Origin: Bugula neritina
Lineage: Eukaryota > Animalia > Bryozoa
Length of the DNA stretch: 33,322 bases
NCBI GenBank assembly: GCA_964035545.1
Contig: CAXIUT010000192.1
Coordinates: forward strand, 31,244-64,565
Direction of reading: 5' to 3'
Shown here: piece after piece, positions 10,820 through 22,156 of the stretch
How the letters are laid out: every line of letters begins with the position of its first letter
Numbering within the stretch: position 1 is the stretch's first letter
Made by a program: the position numbers and the translations under genes
Notes under the pieces: generated by a model
Seen by the model: only the letters and a program-made list of their open reading frames with translations
What the model was told of the DNA's origin: nothing
Database searches by the model: none

Positions 10820-13800
10820 TCATTGACTAAGGAAGCATTTTCCATTTCTTATAGAGTATCCTGACTCACAGGATCGACAAATATCATTCTTATGATCAAA
10901 TGAACTACAGAAAGGATCCATTAATTCGCATATTTTTCTTGAAGACATATACGTTCCAGGTATACATTGAATACAAGTATTACCCTGACCAAGCAAAACA
11001 AAGAATATTCTTTGATTTAAGATAATTACCAGAAGAGCTTACTTTAGGAGGCTAGTATAGACACTGTCCATCAACTAATCTATAATTAGGAAGACAGACT
11101 ATACACTGGTTATTAGTATAATGAACTGCTTATTTTTATGGCTGACATTATCCAGAAATCAGTTGATATCCTGGAATACAAGTGAAGCATGCTCCAGTAT
11201 TGATATCATATGATAAACAATAGGTAGAAATTGGGTTGCAAACATTTGCTTTAAGATAATATCTAAAGGCACATTTTATACATTTATCTTTATCGTAGCA
11301 TAAACAGTTTTTATCGATAACTTCTGGGAATGAATATTGAGTAGTTGATATCTGAATAGAGCTACGAGGTGAAAAACCGCCATTTGTCGAGGCTTTGGTC
11401 AAAGAAGAAAGAGCTTATTCTTATCTATTGATGACAGTGGCTTGAGATTAGGAGGCTAGTGTCGACTTTTTTTTATGTTTTTGTGTTTAAAGGAGCAAAG
11501 TGTACTGGAGGTTCTATTGATGGAATGGGTCGAGCTGATCGATTGATTTATTCCTATTTATTATCTCTATGAATATGCGGTATATTATTATCATGATAGT
11601 ACTTATGTTTATCATGATGATCAACTTTATTTGAACTATAACTTGGGGTTGGGGTTGGGGTTGGGGTTGGGGTTGGGGTTGGGGTTGGGGTTGGGGTTGG
11701 GGTTGGGGTTGGGGTTGGGAATTTTGATGATAATATTTAACTAGAGTTCTTTGAATTTCAGTTGGTGTAGTTTGGATTGAATTTTATTGATTGTTGTTTA
11801 CATAGATGAAAAGAAGAGAATAAGGAACCAAAGGATTGGTATATATTCCAAAAAGATTTGATTTTTGATAGATTTAGTTTGTTTTTTATAGATATCCCAG
11901 ATAAAGGTTGATATATGCTTGAGATGAAACACCTTTAGATACTTTATTGTATCTAGTTCCTTTGTATTCAAGAGTGCTGCTCTGAGCACTTTGTCCAGAA
12001 AGAGTATTTGTCGATTGTTGAGTGTTAACTGTTGATGCTCGAATATTTTTGGTTTCAGATTAAGTTGTTTATTGTTATTTTTCAGATTCCTATCTTTGTT
12101 GCTTAGTTTTGGTTTATCTTTTTTCTTGATTATTAATCGATACTTGTTCTTCATTATGGATTGTTCTTTGTTGTTAGGATTTTGATCTCTGTTGAACAGA
12201 ATTTATTTATTTTTGCTGTTGAGAGTTTCCAGAGGAAGTTTGAGTATTTTTTTGAACATTATTCGATGATTGTGTTTGCTCATTTCTTTTTTCCTCTTGA
12301 TTGATCGTTGATTAACTTTTTATATTTGTTTATTGTGACTTCTTAATTTGGCTTTGCTTATAGGCAATAATATCTGAATCAGATATTTTTCCTTTAAACT
12401 TGAATGCATGTTCTTTCCCTCTAACTTCAGCTTTATACACAACTGTCAAGAAATATTTTTAATCAATATGATATTTTATATTTGTATAAACTATTTAATG
12501 TAGAGAAAATCCTTTTTTACTGAAAGCTTGATTTACTTTATTCATTCCTTTTTATGCATATTTCCAGAAAAGATGATTATTGCTTGTAAAACTTGTATAT
12601 TTTAGCTATTCTTATTATTGTTGAGCTTTTTATTCATTTTTTAAACTTGAAGAAGATTGACTTGATGATTAAGCTTGACTATTTGCTGATCTTTGAGTAT
12701 TTCCTAGACTGGAAGTTTAAACTTTTCTTTAGTTATTTTAAGATTATTTCACCTATTTTGTATTAACTAAAGGAGCTATTTAACTTTAAACTGTGGGATC
12801 AACTATCTTTTGGTTACTATTTGCAGTTGGTTGTTATTGATTATCAACAATTGATACTTTTATTTTATTCTGATCAACTATTTTGACTTCATTTGAATTA
12901 TCTACTTGTTATTACTGATTATTTATCGATTATTCTTAGCCAACGACTGATTCTTTAACAGTACTTTGATCATGAGGAATGCTTTTAGTATTTTAAATAA
13001 TTTGATTATTATCTTAATTTTAAGTGCTTTGTTAACTTTTTCCTGAGGTATCATGAGTAACTGTAGTTGTTTCTTGATTTTTATTTATAGTGTGTTATTG
13101 AGTTTCTCCATATTTATTTTGATTTTTTCTTTTGACAGTCACAAGGTTAAGTTGTTATCTAGATAAAACTCCTTCTTGACTGGCTGAAACTAAATTAAGC
13201 TCGTCTTAAGTCCTTCCAGTTGATTTATTCTCGGGAACTTTTACAAGATTAATATTCTAATTATTTTGATTATTTTGATTATTTTGATTATTTTAATTAT
13301 TTTGATTTTATGTTTAAGTTTACTGAACTTGACCAGATTGTTAGATAGATTAATGGGTAGATTATTGACCAAATTGAGTAGATTGTTAGGAAGACTGCTG
13401 AGATTATTGAGAAGATTATTGAGCTAATTGTTGAGGGGATTATTGAGCTAATTGTTTAGTAGATTATTGAGAAGATTATTGGGAAGACTGTTGAGTACTT
13501 TTCTCAGTAGATTTCTGAGAAGTTTGCTAAAAACCTAATTTCTATGAAGATCGATGTTATCCTGAAGATTATTAAACTGTTCTTGTTGATTGTTAAACAT
13601 TTTTTTGAGGTTTAGTTTAAGTAGTAGTCACAGTGGTTTCTTTAATTTCTTGTTGATTTACTCCTCCTTCTTATTTCTAATCAACTTAAGTTTTGGTAAT
13701 AGTTTAAGAAGTAACTCCTCTATTTCTATTTTATGAATTATCAGTTGATAGTTTTTTTTATTTACCTGTAACGCTGATAATTTTGACTTTTTCAGAAATA

Positions 13801-15260
13801 ATATCATAAAGAGAAATAATCGTAACATCAGAATTAGTATTAGCAAATACTATCTTATAATAAGGAAAATCTCTCCATATCTATAGTATTCTACTTCTAG
13901 GGCCTATCACAGATAAATTTTTGTTCAAAATAAATTATGCAATAGCTTTTATGTTCAAATCAGCTGATACTTCCTTAAGAGTTAGAGCATTAAATTTAGG
14001 TGACTAAAGGTTAAAGTAGCTACTAGAAGCAAGATGCTGTTTATTTGTTTTTGTGTCCAAGACTACAATAGTTGAATAGAATATTATTTTTGAAGTTAAA
14101 ATAAATTTTCTTTTGAAAATTATTTTGATGAAAATTTGATAATTTTCTTGAAGAGCTGAAACTGAAGTGATCTAATCAAAAGAAATTACTATATTCGAAC
14201 TTGATAAATAGCTAAGAGCTTCTTTTACATTGATGTTATTTCTAAAATCTTCAACTTCAGAATATGACTCAGAATACTTAGAATCACTTGATGAACTACT
14301 CGTACTAGTAGTTGTGGTAGTAGTTGTAGTTGTTTTTACTGAAGAACTACTAGATTATTTTTCTTCTTTATTTTTTACTTATTTAGTCTGTTCTTCTCTG
14401 ATAGTAATATTGCCTTGAATAACTTTATTTAGCATGTAATCATACTCCATGAAGAACACATAAATTTTACTTTAAGTTTTATATCCCAATTGATAGAATG
14501 GTGGCTGTTTCGCTACTTCTAAAATAGATGGTTTTTATCCGATCAAATTCCCATAACTTTTAACTATGATTTCATTGATTTTATGAAGCCATTGATCCGA
14601 TAGAATAGTCCTAGGATCAACCTTTTTAAGATCTAAAGGTTAAGTTGGCAATGTGAAGTTCGAATCAATCAGCTTATATGAATTTTTTGATGTTAATTCA
14701 ACATAGATATGTTGAACAAGAGTAGGATTCAAGTTAAGTATCTAATACTGAAGTCTATAAACAGTTGAAGTAGTTTTGATGAACTATGCTCCAACCAATT
14801 TGAATTATTTCATATCAGTAGCTGGCAATTCTTCTATAAAATGATTGATAGCTTCAACTGTTTTATCTTTAAGATAACTATCAATAATATTATATCCATC
14901 TTTAGTTTTTTTGTATGATTTTTGATTTTCAACTTCTTTGTTTTTTTTTACTGTCTAATCGAAGGAATAACTAATCAGTTAAACATGCATATTTTTCAGA
15001 TATAAGGCAAGTTAGACTCCTAATCCACTTGAATACTTGATCAAATATTTATTTTTATTCTAACTAACTGTTCGCTTGATATGTATTGGATAGCCCATAT
15101 CTTCAATATTTTTTTGAAGAAGAGTATCTAATTTATCAAGATACTGATCAGCCAATACCTCAGGAGAACAGTCAATACACCGACGACAGACCAGACATTC
15201 CTTGGTCGTTGCCATGACTACCAAAAGGAAAAGAGAAAGGACAAAAGAGAATCTTATCAT
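10820..15260 (-). CDS. Giant secreted protein (~1480 aa): signal peptide, globular repeats, S/T/Q/N/E low-complexity region, telomere-encoded QP (or PT) tract, C-terminal Cys-rich CxxC (furin-like) repeats
   Basis: Starts MIRFSFVLSLFLLVVMA at 15260. Coding-like minus-strand frames run throughout, and one frame is TGA-free from at least 12059 across the telomeric tract into CIKCAFRYYL/CFTCIPGY repeats. Ends GKCFLSQ then TGA at 10820-10822. Several indels are needed elsewhere, so it could be more than one gene. Confidence 0.62.
11643..11719 (+). repeat. Interstitial telomeric tract (TTGGGG)12 + TTGGG
   Basis: Perfect 77-nt array in the same orientation as the right telomere, flanked by unique sequence on both sides. 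Confidence 0.97.
13261..13305 (-). repeat. 9-nt coding tandem repeat (NNQ/NNE) x5
   Basis: (ttattttga)n on the plus strand with one variant unit; reads QNNENNQNNQNNQNN. Confidence 0.8.
13380..13500 (-). repeat. Degenerate 12/24-nt coding repeats (SSQE/LAQE/STQQ)
   Basis: Recurring agattattgag, gagctaattgtt and gaagactg units. Confidence 0.65.
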
Positions 15261-15311
15261 TTTCGAATTATGGAATTATAATTCTATTGGAATTCGATTA
15301 TAGAATATAAA

Positions 15312-16873
15312 ATGGGCAACCGTTCCAAATAATCAATCTAAGAATAGAGTGCTTCATAGATGGTAGGACAAAAAAAATAAGTATAATTTCATCAAAATGA
15401 CTTCATCAAATAAATATAAGGCAGTAGTATCGAATAAGAATATTAACTACTTTCTCCATGTCTAGAACAAAATTAATTTTACTAACTAAGAAAAGCCATC
15501 CACTTGAAAACTACACTCCCTAGAGAAGTATATATCATAAATAAATATAAAATACGTAGTCATTAAAGAGCACTCTTTTAACAACAAATCCATAAACTTA
15601 AAAATATTGATCATTTCGCAGTACCCAAAATATACTAACTTTTCAAAACCAATCATAAATTTTTTGTTGTCATCTAGTACAGACAAGGATAATCTCTAGC
15701 TAGTGCACTCTAAAGACAACACTACTTTGATTAAGCAGCATCAGCTTCAATTATGTGGCAATTATTAGGATTATTAAGTCACTGTCATCGTCAAGGCATC
15801 ATACATACTGATTTGAAATTAACAGGGATATCTTTCAATTCCAAACGGCAAGAAACTATCAGAGTTTAAGATTTCAGCATATCTAAAATATTTAGAATTG
15901 ATTAAGTTATCGAACAAAGTTTAGGTAGAGCTGTACTCACTGCGCCGTAAAATTTATCAGGATTGGCTGGAACTACAACCACCAAATCTGATATCTGGAG
16001 TTGTGGTATCATCCTTTATATCTTGCTATGCGGATAACCTCCTATTATAGCTAATACTAAATAAAAACTCATTAAAAAGTTCAAAGCATGTAAAGTAGTT
16101 TATATTGTAGTTTCTCTTCGTTTCAAAGAAAGAAGATTCAGATATATCTCTTAAGAAGGAAAAGAAATGATTCGAAAGATGTTGCGTTCTAATCCCAACG
16201 AACGTCCCTCGGCTGATGAACTGATGGAAAGTTCATGGTTTCAAAGATTAGTTAAAGCCATACCTCTGCCTGGCAATAGTTTGGCACGTTGCTTCAAATA
16301 ACTATACTATTACAATGTATAACATGATATATTTAGTGTCAATCAAGGCTACAAGAAGCTACTTGGATATTTTTCGTAAATGCTTTGATTTCTTTTGACG
16401 AGAAGCAACAGATAATGGCAGTTTTTATGAAAATTGATCGAGGATGCAAGGGTTAGTTGGATTAAATTGATCTGATTGAAGGTTTTGTTTAAATATTAGG
16501 ATAAAATAGATTGGAAGAAGCTGAAAAATATGCTCATCAAATCATGAAAAGGCTAAGAAAAACTAAAATTACCTTTTCGCAATTTCTTACCTACTGTGCC
16601 AATCGATTCTTTCTTATCAGAGAAATCGATATTAGAAAAATATTTTAAATCTTTGATGAAGATGGCAGTGGAGAAATATAAATTCTATAATTAAGAGATA
16701 CACTTGGAAACAGTAAAGAAGTGGGAGAGGAAGTTTGGATAAAGCTGATGCAAGAAGCCGATTCCAATTCTGATGGAAAGATATCTTATGAAGAGTTTAG
16801 CTAGATGATAAAACAGTTCAATTATGCTGATAAGTTGAGTAGAAATACCTTCGATAACCCCTTCATCGATTGA
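15312..16873 (+). CDS. Calcium-dependent protein kinase (CDPK)-like protein with a degenerate kinase domain and C-terminal EF-hands
   Basis: MGN N-terminus; IIHTDLK, EDFS, TAP[TAA], KSDIWSCGIILYILLCG[TAA]PP, ERPSADELM; EF loops DEDGSGEIEILE and DSNSDGKISYEE. Introns at 16317-16336 and probably 16090-16110. TGA at 16871-16873. Confidence 0.88.
16090..16110 (+). other. Probable 21-nt in-frame intron
   Basis: gtaaagtagtttatattgtag; its removal gives KKFKAFSLRFKERRFRYISEEGKEMI, which has normal CAMK/CDPK spacing. Confidence 0.6.
16317..16336 (+). other. 20-nt spliceosomal intron
   Basis: gtataacatgatatatttag; contains an in-frame TGA. Its removal gives the CDPK junction YNCQSRLQEATWIF. Confidence 0.88.
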
Positions 16874-17014
16874 TTATCTACTAACAAGTATATTGCTAAA
16901 ATATTTTGAATAATTATTAATGTATCAAAATTAATATAAAATATAAAATATAAAAATATAAAACTTAATATTACAAATGATTACTCGTCGATTAATTCAA
17001 ACAATTAAAATAAA

Positions 17015-18371
17015 TCAATTCGAATTAATTTTCATTTTTAACTAAAAAGAATGATCTTTTAATTTTCTGCCCTAATCAATAGACTTACTGTTGGCAATCA
17101 TTTTATCAATAGATATTCTGAAAATAAAGAATTCAAGTTAAACAATAATAAATATTAGAGAGTGATCATTGAGAATATTTGGGTTTGAGATAAGAGTTTT
17201 AACTAAATAAGCAACTTCAGAAAAATCTTTATTACTTGCCAATTTATTCATATAATATTTAAGAAGAAGAATCCTACATTATCCCCCCATAGAAGATCTA
17301 GACTATATTATTTTATTTATCTATGCGTTACTAACCTGCAACTATCTACAATGAATTCCCGATATCTTCTATGCATGAGTATTGAATTTAATACAAGCCT
17401 GTCTCAACAACCGACTTAACCGACTTTTAACTACTTCTATAATTTTAAGCTGCATCAACTAGTGAGCACTAACATTTTTAATCTCCCCAAACTAAATCTT
17501 ATCTATTTATTCCTTCCAGTATTTCTTTTCAGCAACCTGCCGGCCCAAACAATTGATCTTTCTGTCTATCAAATAATATTGCAAAATCTATCGATCCATT
17601 TGATAGGATTTTGATAACTATAGATACTACTAGACAGATTTTTTCTATTAAAATATTTATTTATGTAATTGCTACACTATTCTAACAAGTGGTTTTGATT
17701 GTCTCTTTTGAATTTAAGAAATTAATCTATATATCTATTGAGGACTAGGTATCTATGATACTGATTTTGATAGAATAGATTGTTTTTATTTAGATATTTA
17801 TGATTTTTTGTATTGATTTCTAAGGGTAAAACTATCATTATTCATTTGTTTGTATTGCTAAACAAATGGTATTTCTTTGTACTATTTTGATTATATTTCC
17901 TAAATTTAAGGTTTTTATTCTACTATCTTTTATGAATTTGGCTAACAAATTTCAATAGAATCAGTTTCCAAATTAATTTCCTCAACTGATTCATCAATTT
18001 CAACAACATCTTTATTATTCCAATCAACATATGTCTAAAACTGAGGCACAAAATGATCTATTTTTCTAGGATTAACCATCATCGGCACTCTTTTTTGATA
18101 ATTCTTATTAAATTGATGATATTTGGTATTATTATTACTATTGATATTGGTAGGATTAGAAAAGAAAGATAGAGGTTGCCTGAAGAGAGGCGGTTGTATT
18201 CTATTGAGGTAGGGAGGCGAGAAGGTCATGAGTTTTTGTTTTTATGGTTGAAGTTGCTGATTGGTTGCTGGTGATCGGGTTGAAATATCGATTAGAAATT
18301 GAAAGACATAGTTTATGTTGATAGTCAGTAGATCCTATCTATATAGAGACTATTTTTATAAAATTGTTCAT
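17015..18371 (-). CDS. Hypothetical protein
   Basis: Long UAR=Glu frame from MTFSPPYLNRIQPP (18229) through acidic and helical segments to ~17255, then a shifted tail ending at TGA 17015-17017. Start uncertain. Confidence 0.55.
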
Positions 18372-18680
18372 TTATTTATTAAACATGAAAATTTAATATT
18401 ACATCTCTAGTTATATATAAAAACCAATAACTCAAAATTGATATTCTTGTTTTGTAAACTAAAATACTATTTCATCTTATATATGTGATAAATAGTCTAA
18501 CAAAGGGTTGCTTCAGAATCAATATAAAATAGCCTATAAACACCCTAAAAAGAATAAATACCTGACAATGATTCACATCGAAGTCTATTTTTTGCTCTTA
18601 TCTATGCTAATAAGTCTTTTTAAACGATAAGTTAAGGATTATATATTAATTAAGATATTATAATGGATATTGAATCAATT

Positions 18681-19795
18681 TCACTAGTTTTCGATCACTT
18701 GCACTACTATTTAATCACTTTTTAAATTAACATTGCTATCATCATTTTTATCACGAGTTTATTCATCTTTTGATAACATTTTCACCTAAAGAATATGATC
18801 ATCACTTGTTTTCTTTCTCATAAACTACTACTGACTGGGTGGCTCACTCAAATTAGCAAAATCACGATCAACCATCTCTGCCTCAGGATCTAATAACTTC
18901 TTTTCTTATGACCAAAATAATTTCAAACAATGCCTTCCCACTCCAGACCTGAATTATCATAAAACATACTTATTGAAGGATTACCTGAAGACGATACCCA
19001 CACATCATTACAAAACTAAGCAGTCGTAGAATTTCTATTAATCAAAAAGACATGAAATCCTAGCAAGGTAGCCACAAACAAAAAAAGCCAAAAATAGATA
19101 AATCGACAATATCACTCCCACAATGAAGACTCCAAGTTCCTCCTTAGGCACAACATTGCTCAACACATAGATAACTTGAATATTAGAAAAGAAGGTAATC
19201 AATACCAAAGCTAACACAAATCCAAAATAATACCTATAATTTCTTTTCCAACACAAATTCCAATCCAAGGACAATGATGATCAAATCTCTACACACATAC
19301 ATTACATATAGGACAATGTGAAGTCCTAGGAGGACGGTATATATTACAAGTACTGCAAAATTTGATCTTCAAGTGATGAGTCTTTATGCATAAAGGATAT
19401 ATCTTATAGGCAAAAGTAGAATCCACTATTGATTTATTTATCGGTATTGAGCTATGATTTTTTATTTCATGTGTGGGTAATATTTTAGGTATCATACCCG
19501 GATCGGTAAAACCGAGTAGTATCAAAAATATTTGAGCTATTATTGATAATACTATTGATATTATGAATAGAATGTACATACTTTCATAGCTATACTTGAA
19601 TATTGTCAGAACTGTAGTTGAATAGTAAAGAATCAAGCCTATCCATAATAGTATATGCGTTACAAAATAATTTTTACGTTACGAAACGAGCAGTCCACAT
19701 CGATTCTAGTATTAATCAATGTTGTTGGTATTGCTTACCTAGTGGAATAATATTTTTTTAGGCTATGATTACTTTTTTCTTTAATTTAAACTCAT
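18681..19795 (-). CDS. DHHC palmitoyltransferase (Erf2/ZDHHC9-like)
   Basis: TDPGMIP, KFCSTCNIYRPPRTSHCPICNVCV[TAG]RFDHHCPWIGICVG, RNYRYY, four hydrophobic segments and an NSTT motif. Intron at 18949-18969. Several single-base indels. Confidence 0.92.
18949..18969 (-). other. 21-nt intron
   Basis: gtatgttttatgataattcag, located after the GNP(F)NK motif. Confidence 0.65.
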
Positions 19796-19874
19796 CTATT
19801 ATTTTACATTATTAAAATAATCAATTCATACTCGTAAATACTTATTTGACATCATAATTAGATAAAGAATCACT

Positions 19875-20245
19875 TCATGACATAAAAAACAAAACCAAAA
19901 AGATCAATCCAACTATCCCTCCTCCAACATACACAGGATATTCTTGAAATAATTGAACAAAGGAATTTATTTTCTATGCATAGGCCTATAATTCAGATTT
20001 GCTCACCACTGTTACCTCGTTTGTAGTGCTAGGACCAAATACGTCATGAAGAGGAGTCTATTTGTTATTTAGAGGTTTGCCGTTGTATGTCAATTTGCAT
20101 TGATTCATCTGCTAGTAGTTTAGAGATATTAGAACCTTGATAAGATAGGTTATACTTAGAGATTTTAGACTGATTCTGTTGAATTTATTTATTTCTAGAG
20201 AGGCTAAAGACCTATCTATTGTGAAAATTTTACTATTATTTTCAT
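19875..20245 (-). CDS. Small ubiquitin-like-domain protein with a C-terminal transmembrane anchor
   Basis: MKIIVKFSQ...EINSTESVENLE/VLI...CKLTYNGKPLNNKETPLHDV...VYVGGGIVGLIFLVLFFMS then TGA. A 20-nt intron at 20136-20155 is required; a 21-nt intron at 19986-20006 is possible. Confidence 0.72.
20136..20155 (-). other. 20-nt spliceosomal intron
   Basis: gtataacctatcttatcaag; its removal restores the ubiquitin-like frame. Confidence 0.75.
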
Positions 20246-20341
20246 TTATTTAAATATCTAATTCTTAAATACAAAAAATCAATCGTAAATAATAAAATAT
20301 TGATAAAAAAATAGTTATAAAATATTTGTTTTATTTATTTT

Positions 20342-21177
20342 ATGTTTTCAAAAGAATAAAAAAATTATTGATCGATCGTTATTATTAAATGAATTAAATA
20401 TAAAACCCAACAAAGCCAATTCAAAAACAAATAAAAATAACAAAAAACAACAATGATATGAACAATATTCTTTCCCCATAGTAAAGCTATACAAAAAGTA
20501 AACAAATAATCGAAATAGCAAGACAGACAATTCGACCAGCAACAGTTAAATAAAGCAAATCAAAAACAAGAATAATATCACAATCTCTACATCTATAAGA
20601 TCTATAACTGGATACAAGTAAAATAATAAAATCAGGTCAAATATCATCAATTATATCAGAAGTAGATGCCATAGAGAGTATGTTCAGAAAGAAATTATAG
20701 CTGAAGTAAGAGAAAATATATCAACTGGAAAGATAAATACAACTTGGCTTTTAATAAAAACAACATCTATACTCACTTAATTATCAATTAGAACAGGAAT
20801 TGATATAAATATAAAAAGATTAATAGGAAGAGTATAAAAGAACAAATATTGACTAAAAAGAACTATCATATTAACTATCATCTTTGAAGTAAATTTATAA
20901 AGAAAAAAAGAGTTAGTATAAACAATTAGTAAGAGAATAGTAGATGCTAATAGATACTTTAAAAGATAATAAAAATCGACTTAAAAAGTATTATCAATCA
21001 GAAATTGTTAATATTGATGATAATGATTAAAAATATCATTAAGAATCACAAAGAAAAAGAACAGTAACAGTTGTATAAGAGAAACAGTTGAGATAGATGG
21101 TAGGCTAGCTAAAAAGATTATCATAGATCGTTAAGACAAGAATAAAGAAGCCGAAAAAGAAGAGTAAAGTCCGTTGA
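20342..21177 (+). CDS. Hypothetical coiled-coil protein with a basic C-terminal tail
   Basis: E/K-rich heptad-like open frame (KKLELKEEKIYQLEREIQ...) ending RIKKPKKKSKVR then TGA. Start uncertain (20342 or ~20458). Confidence 0.6.
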
Positions 21178-21216
21178 TATATAATTAACATATAATATTT
21201 GAATTCAAAATAATAA

Positions 21217-22081
21217 ATGATCAAAAGAGCAGCAACCCCTCTAGCCAAAGACCGACTTTCATCAAGAAGCAACAACTCCAACCAAAACAAACCCTTCAAA
21301 GACATAAAAAACATACAAATCAAACCATCTCTCTCCCGCAACACCTCATCTTCCAAATTAGTCATCTCACCCACAATAACAGAACAAACCTAGATATAAT
21401 CCAGAATCAGCTTAAAGAAAAATTAGACACAGAAACATCAATGAATAAATGAGAAAGCTAGTAGTTTAGTGGATGTTGGAGGTATCGCATAAATCAAATA
21501 TGAGAAGAGAAACAGCCTTCATGGCAGTCAAGTTGTTCGATACTGGAATCAACTGCATTAAAGATATTGGACCCTGCCAATGCTCAACTACTAGCTGTTT
21601 CTTCATTATTTATGGCAGCCAAATACGAATAAATTTATCCCTAAAATATGGGGAAATTTCTAGATTACACCCTCCATTCATACCAGAAATCATAGATGCT
21701 AGCCATGTAGAGCAAAATATTATCAATCATGGATTTCAAACTGACCTGGCCCACAAGATATAGCCATTCACACTTCCTCATCTAAAAAAATTACACTCAT
21801 AGTTCAGGAATAAAAAAACTTAGATCTTTCATTGTTTTCCTACTTGAACTAAGTCTTCTATCCTAGTGGGAATAGTGCAATGAGAACGATATTGGCTAGG
21901 CAGCAGTATTCCTGGGCACAAAAGTACTCAAACACCAAACACCAATCGTCCAGCGATCGAATTTTATAGTTAGCTTATAGATTATTAGCAGTTTGGCGTT
22001 AAAATGAAGGAGGGACCCATCGCTTTCCAATTCGACTGCTAAAATGAATCATACGTCGGAGGACTAAAGGTAATATACTGA
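21217..22081 (+). CDS. Cyclin (A/B-type cyclin box)
   Basis: MRKLVV[TAG]WMLEV...ETAFMAVKLFD...QLLAVSSLFMAAKYE[TAA]IYP. Multiple indels; end approximate. Confidence 0.85.
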
Positions 22082-22156
22082 ATGATTCGATACTGATATT
22101 TACTATATATATAATTGATAGGTTATCATCTGTATTAATTAAAGCAACAGAATTAT

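Noticed and set aside
11148-11615. Stand-alone Cys-rich gene starting at ATG 11615 with a hydrophobic leader
   Set aside because: The ATG is only ~28 nt from the telomeric tract, the frame is open upstream through the tract, and the Ile-rich leader may be an off-frame reading. Kept only as an alternative under the fragmentation model.
13261-13500. Repeat arrays as CRISPR-like or mobile-element repeats
   Set aside because: Unit lengths are multiples of 3, there are no unique spacers, and they encode low-complexity peptide in a eukaryotic gene.
16931-16965. (AAATATA)n micro-repeat between convergent genes
   Set aside because: Short AT-only slippage repeat expected in this base composition.
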